Source: Candidatus Dojkabacteria bacterium (lineage in GTDB: Bacteria; Patescibacteriota; Dojkabacteria; J137). From it: 64,000 nt of DNA. Below are positions 1 to 9,213 of this stretch, one piece after another. The translations under genes and the position numbers were made by a program. Within the stretch, counting starts at the first letter, position 1; each line of letters starts with the position of its first letter. The stretch is from contig JAUQWV010000001.1 in the NCBI GenBank assembly GCA_030834985.1, positions 192,680 to 256,679 on the forward strand. Direction: 5' to 3'. The notes below the pieces were generated by a model. It was not told the origin of the DNA. It saw only the letters and a list, made by a program, of their open reading frames with translations, and did not search any database.

Positions 1-960
1 CCTGTAACAGACCAGGCTAAAACAATTACAGCTCTTCTAGAAAATGAGTTAAAAATATTAGGTATTGATACTCATTTAAATACTGAAGTTGTAAAAGCCA
101 TTAAAGGTCCTGACACTTTTGTATTGGATGCCAATACTTTAAATCAGGAAGGTAAAGCTGTTACTACAAATCAATTTCAGTCAAAATATTTAATTATTTC
201 TGCTGGAGGCAAAACTTATCCTGCACTTGGTTCTAATGGCAGTGGTTATTCACTTGCACAAAGCTTTGGCCACTCAATTATCACTCCTGTACCCTCTGCT
301 CTACCTATAGCTACTAAAAATCCATTATCTCAAGAATTACAAGGTGTAAAAATGGAGTTGGAAGTGACTTCTATTATTGAAGGCAATGAAATAAAAACCA
401 GAACAGATGATGTAATGTTTACTCAATACGGCCTTTCTGGCCCTGCTATTTTAAACATTAGCCGTGAGATTTCTATTCATATAAACAGAGAAAATAAAAG
501 TAACGTTCAAGTTAAAATTAACTTTTTTCCAGGTAAAACAGCTAACGATGTTAAGGATATTCTTGGCAAAAGATGGAATAAAAGATCTACTTTAACATTA
601 GAGGAAAGCCTTTTTGGTTTATTCCCAACTAAAATACCTGCCGCATTACTAAAGGTTATTGGATTAGATAAAAATCTACCTGTTAATAAGTTAAGTGAAG
701 AACAGATAAATTTGCTTGTTACTAGTCTTACAAGTTATAAGGTTGAAATTCAAGCTACAAGAGGCTGGAATGAAGCTGAATTTACGGCAGGTGGTATTGA
801 TACTAAAGAGGTCAAAGAAAGCACCCTAGAATCTAAATTAGTGAATGGACTTTATTTTTGTGGAGAGATCTTAGATGTTGATGGTGATGTTGGCGGCTTT
901 AATTTATCTTGGGCTTGGAGTTCAGGAAACACTGCTGGAAAGCTCAAAGGCTCGTTATGA
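1..960 (+). CDS. HI0933/BaiN-like NAD(P)/FAD-dependent flavoprotein, 5'-partial
   Basis: Frame open from base 1. Motifs GGKTYPALGSNGSGY, FTQYGLSGPAIL, TAGGI, GLYFCGEILDVDGDVGGFNL. Confidence 0.9.
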   Translation, partial: PVTDQAKTITALLENELKILGIDTHLNTEVVKAIKGPDTFVLDANTLNQEGKAVTTNQFQSKYLIISAGGKTYPALGSNGSGYSLAQSFGHSIITPVPSALPIATKNPLSQELQGVKMELEVTSIIEGNEIKTRTDDVMFTQYGLSGPAILNISREISIHINRENKSNVQVKINFFPGKTANDVKDILGKRWNKRSTLTLEESLFGLFPTKIPAALLKVIGLDKNLPVNKLSEEQINLLVTSLTSYKVEIQATRGWNEAEFTAGGIDTKEVKESTLESKLVNGLYFCGEILDVDGDVGGFNLSWAWSSGNTAGKLKGSL

Positions 961-1011
961 TTACGGCATTTCCAGAGTCCCTAAAGCTATTTCATAACGA
1001 GCCGTTTTGAG
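943..1011. repeat. Inverted repeat between convergent genes (possible bidirectional terminator)
   Basis: GGCTCGTTATGA (949-960) pairs perfectly with TCATAACGAGCC (992-1003). CTCAAA (943-948) pairs with TTTGAG (1006-1011) after a 2-nt bulge. Loop 31 nt. Confidence 0.7.
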
Positions 1012-1018
1012 TTGAATT

Positions 1019-1336
1019 CTATTTAAGCACTCTCCAGTTCTCTGCTGTTACTGTTATTTGTGCTTTCGGCTGATTAGTAATTGCAGATATATACGCCTCT
1101 GTTTCTGGTTTTCCTACAACCATTACCATATCGCCTTTTTTAACTTTTTCTAAAGCTGCTTCAGCTTGTTTTCCAAAAACTAAAATGTCGTAAAAGGTAC
1201 TTCTTTCCTCTTTAGTTTTTGAATTATACTCATTCACTGCAAGACTGAATTTAGCAAAAGAAGTCTTCTTCTTTGTTTTGATGCTTTCAGCATCTTTAGT
1301 TGAATGACCTAGCAGTATTAAAGTCTGCATATTCAT
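1019..1336 (-). CDS. ssb: Single-stranded DNA-binding protein, OB fold only, no acidic tail
   Basis: LILLGH..KD, FSLAVN, FYDILVFGKQAE, KKGDMVMVVG match the SSB OB fold; 105 aa. Confidence 0.8.
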   Translation of the reverse strand: MNMQTLILLGHSTKDAESIKTKKKTSFAKFSLAVNEYNSKTKEERSTFYDILVFGKQAEAALEKVKKGDMVMVVGKPETEAYISAITNQPKAQITVTAENWRVLK

Positions 1337-1398
1337 AATAAGTAAATAAAAAATAATTACTTAATAATATAAATACTGCTTTACAAAGTTATTACATG

Positions 1399-3372
1399 TC
1401 AGATGGACTGAGGTGCGGAAGTTTCGCCTGCTTGAGGAGTATCTACAGCTGCATACATATCTAATTTATCAACTCCAGGGCCACCAGACTGGTTAGATTG
1501 CGTATCTGAATTCTCTTCTTCTGGAGCTAAGGTTGTCTGGCTCAAAGGGTTTTTAAACAGTTCATTTGGATTTGTAGTAATTAAGTTGTGTTCATTTTCG
1601 CTTGCTACAACCTGAAGTGCTACATGATTGGCACCAGCAAAAAAGATGCCCTGTCCAATACCTGCTGCTAATAGGAATTGTTTTTCGCCGTCTGTTAAAT
1701 AAAAGACTTTTTGGAGCTTATCAATAGCAGATGGAGACTGTTTTAGTAGAATCTGCATTGCAGCATTGCTTACAATTGCCTTTCCATAATCAGAAGTTAA
1801 AAAGTCATCGACATCCTGTGTAATAGTTGTTAAACCCAATCCGTATTTTCTAGCCCTTTTAGCGATTGAGTAAACAAACCTAGCGGCATCTTCATGCTGC
1901 ATCATAATCCATGCTTCATCAATTATCAAAAGTCTTCGGCGCTTATCCTTTCTAATTTTAGTCCAGATATAATCCAACATTACATACATTGCCATTGGCC
2001 TTAATTCATCTGTTAGATCTCTAATACTGAATACTGTGAATGTATTATGAATATTCACTGTTGAAGCTCTATCAAACACACCAGCTGCAGAACCTCGAAT
2101 ATACCTTTCCAATGTTCTAGCCATAACATGAGCCTCTTCCTCACTCATTGCATTTAGAATTTTATATAAATCTTCTAAAAGAGGAGGTTCTTTTGTATGC
2201 GTGGAAGGATCTGGCGTAATGCCTTTTTCTTTATATGTCAAAATAAGCGCCCTATCTAGAATTGCTGAACCTTCTGGACTAATAGTGCCTCCTAACATCA
2301 TTCTAATTAATCCTGATAAAGATAGAATCTTAAATCTTAATTCATCTTCATCGGCGCTGAAGATTCCAGATAATTCAAAAGGATTAAGTTTTTGAGCACC
2401 GTCCTGTGAGAATGAAATATATTCACCTCCAACAGCATTGCATAGTCTATCGAATTCTTTTTCAGGGTCGATAATAATAATATCTACCCCAAGCATCAAT
2501 GATCTAACAGCTTCAAGTTTAACAGCGTAAGATTTACCAGCACCGGAGCTAGCTAAAACAACTGAGTTGGCATTCGGTAGCGAGAATCTGTCGAAAATAA
2601 CAAGCGAGCTGTTATGTAAATTAACACCATACAAAACGCCTTTCTCTTGCGTCAATTCTGAACTGACAAATGGAAATGTTGTTGCAATAGCTGTAGTATC
2701 TAAATTTCTTAACATTCCAATCTTGTCAAGACCGTATGGTATGCAACTTTGGAATGCTTCTTCTTGTTGCAATGTTGCAACTTTTACAATTATTCCCAAA
2801 GTTGCCATTGTAGCTTCAAGGTTTTTTGAGATTTTTTCAAGTTCTTCCAGTGAATCAGCGTGTACTGTTACATATAGCGCATACTGAAAGAACTTTTCGT
2901 TACCTGCGGCAAGCTGCTCCTGAAGTGTTAGAGCATCTTCTAGCTGCTGTTTAACAATTGGATCAGCAGCTTGCCCTGATTCCATTTGAATATTGATAGT
3001 AGCCTGCATTTCAGCGATTTTTCTTTTTAAAATCGCTAGTATTTCAGCAGTATCACGCGGGTAATAAAAAGTACTTAAATCTATTGGAAATTCAAAGTTA
3101 ATGATAGGTTCCAGCCAGTTTGGAACAACAACGCTAGGAAAACTTACTGCAAAATATGATCTAAAAAATTTATGACCTATTATTAAGTTATTAAAATTAA
3201 CTTCAATTGCAGAAGGTGCAATAATATCTTTAATATCAATCAGCCCTTTAGTAAATTTTTGAATTGCTTCGTTTTCTTTCCTTAAGGCTTCGGCTTCCTT
3301 TGCAGATATAGGCATTCCCCCTGGCGTTTGAGCTGCTTGTTGTTTTGGTTTTAGGAAATCTAATAATGCCAT
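1399..3372 (-). CDS. VirB4/TraC-like ATPase
   Basis: Walker A ASSGAGKS, IIDPEKEF, Walker B IIDEAW, KRARKYG, TQDVDDF. Confidence 0.9.
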   Translation of the reverse strand: MALLDFLKPKQQAAQTPGGMPISAKEAEALRKENEAIQKFTKGLIDIKDIIAPSAIEVNFNNLIIGHKFFRSYFAVSFPSVVVPNWLEPIINFEFPIDLSTFYYPRDTAEILAILKRKIAEMQATINIQMESGQAADPIVKQQLEDALTLQEQLAAGNEKFFQYALYVTVHADSLEELEKISKNLEATMATLGIIVKVATLQQEEAFQSCIPYGLDKIGMLRNLDTTAIATTFPFVSSELTQEKGVLYGVNLHNSSLVIFDRFSLPNANSVVLASSGAGKSYAVKLEAVRSLMLGVDIIIIDPEKEFDRLCNAVGGEYISFSQDGAQKLNPFELSGIFSADEDELRFKILSLSGLIRMMLGGTISPEGSAILDRALILTYKEKGITPDPSTHTKEPPLLEDLYKILNAMSEEEAHVMARTLERYIRGSAAGVFDRASTVNIHNTFTVFSIRDLTDELRPMAMYVMLDYIWTKIRKDKRRRLLIIDEAWIMMQHEDAARFVYSIAKRARKYGLGLTTITQDVDDFLTSDYGKAIVSNAAMQILLKQSPSAIDKLQKVFYLTDGEKQFLLAAGIGQGIFFAGANHVALQVVASENEHNLITTNPNELFKNPLSQTTLAPEEENSDTQSNQSGGPGVDKLDMYAAVDTPQAGETSAPQSI

Positions 3373-3373
3373 A

Positions 3374-4057
3374 TTAATTTGTTTGTCTTGAACTTATAAT
3401 ACCTGTACCTGCATCACTTTCACGCAGGTTAAGTATTTCTAAACCACTCTTATCAGGTTCATAAACCGAATAGAAAAGCTTAATTAATTCATCATTTTCT
3501 AGTTGCTTTGCTGCAATTCCCATATTTCCATAGTTTTTAATTATTGTGTCTCGCTTAGGAATAAGCTCTTCTTTTGCCTTTTTTAAAAGTTGATTAATAT
3601 TAACTAATCTTTCTTGTCGCCCAAAAATCTGCTTAATAAAGCTTGTTGTAACAATAGGTAGCTGTAAGGATGGAATAACTGTATAAAACCTTTTATCTAA
3701 TATCTGTGTCGTTTCTGTTAGGTTATGGATAAAATCCTGATAGATGCTGACCTGGTTTATTATCGGCTCCGAAGTAATCTTATTCTTATATTCATCTAGT
3801 AGTGATAAATATTTTGCAATATCAGTTCGTTGGGTTCTAATTACAATCTGAATTGGAAATCGAATTGAGTTTAAAAATGCTGCAAATGAATAGATCTTTG
3901 CATCCTGCTCTTGAGAATCTAATAAGTCAAAGTTGATGGAAGTAGTTTCAATTACACAAGCAACTCTTCCGTTTTTTAATATTACATAATCATCTCTTAT
4001 GTCTTCTATATCAAGGTGTTCCTGTGTGCTTAATTTTCTACCGTCAAAAATACCCAT
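3374..4057 (-). CDS. VirB4-associated protein (TraC N-terminal-like)
   Basis: STQEHLDIEDIRDD..INFDLL..EQ..FLNS.FPIQI resembles the small partner gene found before CPR VirB4; 1-bp gap to the ATPase. Confidence 0.65.
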   Translation of the reverse strand: MGIFDGRKLSTQEHLDIEDIRDDYVILKNGRVACVIETTSINFDLLDSQEQDAKIYSFAAFLNSIRFPIQIVIRTQRTDIAKYLSLLDEYKNKITSEPIINQVSIYQDFIHNLTETTQILDKRFYTVIPSLQLPIVTTSFIKQIFGRQERLVNINQLLKKAKEELIPKRDTIIKNYGNMGIAAKQLENDELIKLFYSVYEPDKSGLEILNLRESDAGTGIISSRQTN

Positions 4058-4104
4058 GTTTATGAATTAACCTCTTTATATCCTATTGTTTAATTACATT
4101 AAAG

Positions 4105-5328
4105 TCAATATCTTTCTAGTATACACAAGCATTCTATGTGATATGTCTGCGGAAACATATCAAAGGCTTTTAAATCTATAATTTTATATTGATTACTTAA
4201 TTTTTGAATATCATAAGCTAATGTAATAGGATTACAAGATACGTATATTACGTATTTAGAACTGATATCTAAAACATTAGAAACACCTTTATCCTCTAAT
4301 CCGGTTCTAGGCGGATCAACTATTGTTACACTATCTGTATCTTTTGGCAGAACAAGATTCTTAATATCAAAACATTTAAAGTCAGCATTATTTATTTTAT
4401 TAAGTTTTTGGTTTTGTATTGCTAAATCTATACTATCCTGAACTATTTCAATACCTTTAACACTTTTAAATTTATTAGCTAATGATATACCTAACACACC
4501 AACACCGCAGTAAAGATCGTATAAATTTAACTGAGCAGTATTAAATTTAATTAGTATAGAATCAATATATTCAAGTAGCTTTTGGAATCCAAAAATATTA
4601 TTTTGAAAAAATGTAAATGGACCAGCCAAAAACATGAATATCTTATTATTGAAGTGAATATTAATTTTTAGGTATTCTTGACCTTCAAATTTACTAATTT
4701 TGCCTTCAAAGCTGTCGTGTAGCGAGTTATTAACTAGCCAATAGACACTATTAAAACCCTGCTTTATTGCAAAATCTATAACTTCATTAAAACGTTTATC
4801 CTTGTTGTATGAAGTTATTATTAACATTGACTGATCTTGGTAATGTTTTACTGTTAAATACCTCAGATCACCTATTTGCTTTTTTAAATCATAACTATTT
4901 AGTCCTAGACTTAGGGAGTAATCATATACTCTTCTGATTTTATTAAAAATTGCCTTATCAATTAAAATATATTCATCTAAATCTATAACCCAATTGAAAT
5001 TACCTTTTTTACGTTGGCCTAACCTATTAATCGGTTCAAACTTTGGATTAAAGCTGGCAACAAATTCTGCCTTGAAACGGTATTCTGTAATTTTAGGGGA
5101 ACTGATAATATCAAAGTCACTTAAAATATCTTCTTGTACGATATTTTTAAATAAACTTAGTAAAGCCTCTTTTTTTATTTCTAACTGTTTGACGTAAGGG
5201 ATATTTTCTAATTGAGTTGAGCCTATCTGATTTGCAAATTTACTTGGCTCTACGAGTTTATCTTTATTATTTAATCTAAATTCATTGGTCTTAGAAGCAA
5301 GTAAATGCTCAAGCTCTTTTGAAGTCAT
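4105..5328 (-). CDS. RlmD/TrmA-family RNA m5U methyltransferase
   Basis: FFQNN, DLYCGVG, DPPR, YVSCNP (catalytic Cys), DMFPQTYHIE. Confidence 0.9.
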   Translation of the reverse strand: MTSKELEHLLASKTNEFRLNNKDKLVEPSKFANQIGSTQLENIPYVKQLEIKKEALLSLFKNIVQEDILSDFDIISSPKITEYRFKAEFVASFNPKFEPINRLGQRKKGNFNWVIDLDEYILIDKAIFNKIRRVYDYSLSLGLNSYDLKKQIGDLRYLTVKHYQDQSMLIITSYNKDKRFNEVIDFAIKQGFNSVYWLVNNSLHDSFEGKISKFEGQEYLKINIHFNNKIFMFLAGPFTFFQNNIFGFQKLLEYIDSILIKFNTAQLNLYDLYCGVGVLGISLANKFKSVKGIEIVQDSIDLAIQNQKLNKINNADFKCFDIKNLVLPKDTDSVTIVDPPRTGLEDKGVSNVLDISSKYVIYVSCNPITLAYDIQKLSNQYKIIDLKAFDMFPQTYHIECLCILERY

Positions 5329-5336
5329 AAGAATGC

Positions 5337-5726
5337 TTAGTCTGCCAATTCGCCAATATAGTATGTACTTAATTGGTTTTCTTCAGCTTTGCCATGCTGG
5401 CCTTGGTTAAATATAAATGTCACATCCTGACCACATCTGGATTCTATCTCATTTCTTCCACCTGGATGTTCACATATCCATGAAGCAGGAATTCTATACA
5501 CCTTATCTTCATAAATAACAAAACAAGACTGGATAGTATTATTGGCGCGGACAGTACTTAATGATATTTCACTGCCTACTGAGAAGCTAAGTGGCGGAGT
5601 ATTTGCATCACTACATAAAGCATCACCACTATTTAAATTATTAAACGTACCTGATTGCTGCAGGATTAAAAATCCTGCAGCACCTACAATTCCGATTAGT
5701 AATATTATTGCAATTACTTTTCCCAT
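5337..5726 (-). CDS. Membrane-anchored cytochrome b5-like heme-binding protein
   Basis: N-terminal TM; CFVIYEDKVY, HPGG, CGQDVT, second His in QH, YYIGEL. Confidence 0.85.
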   Translation of the reverse strand: MGKVIAIILLIGIVGAAGFLILQQSGTFNNLNSGDALCSDANTPPLSFSVGSEISLSTVRANNTIQSCFVIYEDKVYRIPASWICEHPGGRNEIESRCGQDVTFIFNQGQHGKAEENQLSTYYIGELAD

Positions 5727-5729
5727 AGT

Positions 5730-6596
5730 TTAATTAGCTAAAGCAGATTCTACTACAGACTGCATATCAGTGTAGCTATAAGCTCCTGCAAAATTAGTAT
5801 TGTTTACAAAGAATCCTGGCGTTCCAGAGACTCCTAGTGCCATTCCTGAGCTCTGATCTATACTTAATTTGCTGTCATATCTTCCACTATCTAAACATTC
5901 TTTTAGTGAGTTAGCATCTAAAGAACCACCTAAGAAATTAGCAAGGTCTCCAGATTTAGTTTTATCATTCATAACAGAGTTATTTAGTAGGTTATAACCT
6001 GCGTTTGAGTATAGTAAGTCATGAGCTTCCCAGAATTTACCCTGTTCATCAGCACAGTAAAGAGCTTTTGAGCCCATTTCACCATTACCGTGTCCGTTTG
6101 TATAGAACCAAGCATATGCTGCTTTGCCTTCATCAACTAGTTTTTTAAATTCAACTACAGGAGCAACATATGTTCCGCCATCAGTAACTAACTGGAACGA
6201 TGCACCTGCGCTTCTGTTAATTTCAGGATCTTTACCACCGGCTATATGGCAGTATGGACAAGAAGGATCTGAAAATTCTACAAATAACACCTTACTGTTT
6301 GGATCACCAAATGTTAAGTTGCTTTGATCATCAAATAAAGCTCTGATTTGCTCTTGAGTTACAGTCCCGGTGGTACCAGCTGTTGTGCCTGTTGTAGTAG
6401 TTGTTGCACCAGCTGTTGTTCCTGTAGTAGTTACCCCACCTTTAAGAGTTGTAGCTAAATTATTAAAACCGATCAACAAGCTCGATGCAATAATCACTGC
6501 TGAAAGCAATATTGAAATTGGTACAACAAATGGCTGAATGTTGATTGTTACCACATCTTCTTCAACATTTGTCTTTATGGGCTTTGTTTCGCTCAT
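5730..6596 (-). CDS. Membrane-anchored DsbA-family thioredoxin-fold protein
   Basis: TM helix, Thr/Gly-rich linker, EFSDPSCPYC, GVSGTPGFFVN. Confidence 0.9.
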   Translation of the reverse strand: MSETKPIKTNVEEDVVTINIQPFVVPISILLSAVIIASSLLIGFNNLATTLKGGVTTTGTTAGATTTTTGTTAGTTGTVTQEQIRALFDDQSNLTFGDPNSKVLFVEFSDPSCPYCHIAGGKDPEINRSAGASFQLVTDGGTYVAPVVEFKKLVDEGKAAYAWFYTNGHGNGEMGSKALYCADEQGKFWEAHDLLYSNAGYNLLNNSVMNDKTKSGDLANFLGGSLDANSLKECLDSGRYDSKLSIDQSSGMALGVSGTPGFFVNNTNFAGAYSYTDMQSVVESALAN

Positions 6597-6718
6597 AAAT
6601 ATAAAATAAGAAATAAATATTAACTAAAATGTTTGCACATTTAATCTAAATGAATTTAATTGAAATATATGAATTTAATATGAACAATACAGATGAAGAT
6701 GCAAAATAGAAACTTAAA

Positions 6719-9202
6719 TTACTTCTTTAGCTTTTCTATTTCTGTAGCTAACATTTCTATGTACATTGCATAACCTATTATAGAGATAAATCCGCTCTGT
6801 TGTTCACCTAATAAAGATCCAGCTCCACGAATTTCAAGATCTCTGCTTGCGACTCTAAAACCTGAGCCTAAATCTTGATTATCAACTATTGCTTGTAAAC
6901 GTTCAACGTATTTTCTATACATAGCCTTTTTAAGTTTTTCATCTTCAATTTTAGATTCATCAAGTTGTGCTTCTAACGTTTTGCCTGAGTACATTAAATA
7001 ACAGTAAGCTTCTTTTTCTGATCGGCCGACACGACCGCGCAGTTGGTATAACTGGGAAAGCCCGAACGTGTCGGCCTTATTAATAACAATCGTATTTACA
7101 TTAGGTAAGTCTAGTCCGTTTTCGATAATTGTAGTTGCAATTAAACAATCATATTTTTTATTAAAGAAATCAGTCATTACTCTGTCTAATTCAGCAGCAC
7201 TCATTTGTCCATGGCCAACAGCAAATTTTATTCCTGGTAGTAAGTTTTCTAATCTTGCTTTTATAGATTGTATTGTGTTTACCTCGTTATGAACAAAATA
7301 AACCTGGCCGCCTCTTTCTACTTCAAAAGCAATAGCTTTTGTAGCCTTATTCCAATTATCTTTAATAATTTCAGTATGAATAGGTTTTCTATCTTTAGGT
7401 GGCTGTGAAATAATTGAAATTTCTTGTATTGATGATAAAGCCATGCTCAAAGTTCTTGGAATTGGTGTTGCGCTTACACTTAAAACATGGACTCCATAAT
7501 TTATTTTTTTAATCTTTTCTTTTTGTTTAACACCAAAACGCTGCTCTTCATCAACAATCAAAAGCTGTAAATTTTTGAATTTGACATCACTACTTAATAG
7601 TCTGTGAGTACCAATTACAATATCAATTTGTCCCGCGTTTAGTCGGTCTATAATATCTCTATTTTCCTTTGCAGTATTAAATCTAGATAAATATGCAATT
7701 TTATAATCAAACGATTTAAATCTTTCTCTAAATACTGCAAAGTGTTGAGAAGTTAAAATAGTAGTGGGTGCTAGCACAGCAACTTGGCCTCCGCTTTCAA
7801 CAATTTTAAATGCAGCTCGCATAAAAACTTCTGTTTTCCCAAATCCGACATCCCCGACTAAAAGTCTATTCATTGGCTTTTCTTTTTCAAGATCATTTAT
7901 TATTTCATTAACTGCTCTCTGCTGATCTTCAGTTTCTTTATATTTAAATTCATCTACAAATTTTAAGTAATCATTTGAGTCTATATTTTCTATTGCATCT
8001 GCTTTTGCAAGTTCTCGTAAGGCATAGTGTCGTACAAGCTCTTTAGCTAAAATTTTTGTTGTAGCTTTAACTTTATCTTTGGCTTTTTCCCAGACTCCTT
8101 TGCCCAACTTTGTTAACTTTGGCTGCAAGTTATCTGGTCCTATATACTTAGTAATCTTGTCGACTTGATGTATTGGGACTAAAAGCTGGTCATTATTTGC
8201 ATATGTTAAAAGTAGGTATTCCATTGTTGCTCCTTCAACCTCTTCCTGTGTTAGTCCTGAATAGATTGCAACACCGTAATCTTGATGTACTACATAGTCG
8301 CCAATTTCGATATTACCTTCAAACTGTCTTAATAATCGCTTTATGTTATTTGAATCATCTATTGTTCTTTCTGGCCTTGTTAAAAAAATACTTCCAAATA
8401 GTTCGCGATCAGTTAGATACACTAATTTGTACTCTTTGGTGATAAAACCGGCAGGTAATGTAGTAATTTGTAATTGTTCTAAGAAATTTTGAGTGAATGT
8501 ATCATTAATATTTTTTAGCTCGTCTAAATTACTTGAGTTAGTGTATTCAATTAGATTATCTGTAATATGGTCTATGTTTTTTGTAGACATGAATACTTTA
8601 TACCCGTTAGTTATATAGTTTTTAATTTCTTTTTCTAAAATATCTAACCTTGAATAATATAAATTGGGGTATTGAAAATCAGTTTTAACTATTTCGTAAT
8701 CTTCGCTTTTTTCTGCCAACAATCCAGCAGAAAAGATAATGCGTTTATATTCTTTTATTGAATAGTTATGATTATGACTGATTTTTATAGAGTCAAGCTC
8801 TGATCTATCTTCTAGGTTGAATTTGCTTAGGGGTATATATTCGATGTCATGGAGTTTTTTGGAGTAGTTCTCGTCTATTAAATACATTTTTTCAAGCTCA
8901 TCTCCAAAAAACTCCATACGAATTGGATGATCAAATCCTACAGGCCAGATACTAATCATATCACCTTTAACAGAGAATTCATTCTTCTGCGTAACAGTAT
9001 CTACTCTATTAATATATGATTTTGAAATTAAATCTGCAATGTTTCTAAATGTTATATTTTCCTTAGAAATGACTTCAAGCTCCTCAAGAAACCTTAGAGT
9101 ATATGGAGAGTTTATATTCGTGTATATAGTTAAATATTTCTTATCAATAAAGAAATTATTTAAATGAGGAAGTGTTTTAACAAACTTTATCGGTGCAATC
9201 AT
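6719..9202 (-). CDS. mfd: Transcription-repair coupling factor Mfd, shortened (no C-terminal D7 domain)
   Basis: UvrB-homology segment, CarD-like RID (GDYVVHQDYGVAIY), GDVGFGKT, DEEQ, SAT, QLRGRVGR, DLEIRGAG. Start moved to ATG 9202, just after the uvrA stop. Confidence 0.9.
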   Translation of the reverse strand: MIAPIKFVKTLPHLNNFFIDKKYLTIYTNINSPYTLRFLEELEVISKENITFRNIADLISKSYINRVDTVTQKNEFSVKGDMISIWPVGFDHPIRMEFFGDELEKMYLIDENYSKKLHDIEYIPLSKFNLEDRSELDSIKISHNHNYSIKEYKRIIFSAGLLAEKSEDYEIVKTDFQYPNLYYSRLDILEKEIKNYITNGYKVFMSTKNIDHITDNLIEYTNSSNLDELKNINDTFTQNFLEQLQITTLPAGFITKEYKLVYLTDRELFGSIFLTRPERTIDDSNNIKRLLRQFEGNIEIGDYVVHQDYGVAIYSGLTQEEVEGATMEYLLLTYANNDQLLVPIHQVDKITKYIGPDNLQPKLTKLGKGVWEKAKDKVKATTKILAKELVRHYALRELAKADAIENIDSNDYLKFVDEFKYKETEDQQRAVNEIINDLEKEKPMNRLLVGDVGFGKTEVFMRAAFKIVESGGQVAVLAPTTILTSQHFAVFRERFKSFDYKIAYLSRFNTAKENRDIIDRLNAGQIDIVIGTHRLLSSDVKFKNLQLLIVDEEQRFGVKQKEKIKKINYGVHVLSVSATPIPRTLSMALSSIQEISIISQPPKDRKPIHTEIIKDNWNKATKAIAFEVERGGQVYFVHNEVNTIQSIKARLENLLPGIKFAVGHGQMSAAELDRVMTDFFNKKYDCLIATTIIENGLDLPNVNTIVINKADTFGLSQLYQLRGRVGRSEKEAYCYLMYSGKTLEAQLDESKIEDEKLKKAMYRKYVERLQAIVDNQDLGSGFRVASRDLEIRGAGSLLGEQQSGFISIIGYAMYIEMLATEIEKLKK

Positions 9203-9213
9203 ATATGCTGCAC

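Noticed and set aside
943-1011. Integron attC site
   Set aside because: The core sites are in the wrong order (GTT first, AAC last); there is no integrase and no second copy.
1019-4057. Integrative conjugative element
   Set aside because: No relaxase, integrase, coupling protein or att repeats, and the flanks are housekeeping genes.
6360-6440. Tandem GTT/GTA-rich DNA repeat
   Set aside because: Explained by the Thr/Gly codons of the DsbA linker.
6650-6680. ATGAATTTAAT direct repeat between mfd and dsbA
   Set aside because: Low-complexity AT-rich sequence in two copies; plausible by chance.
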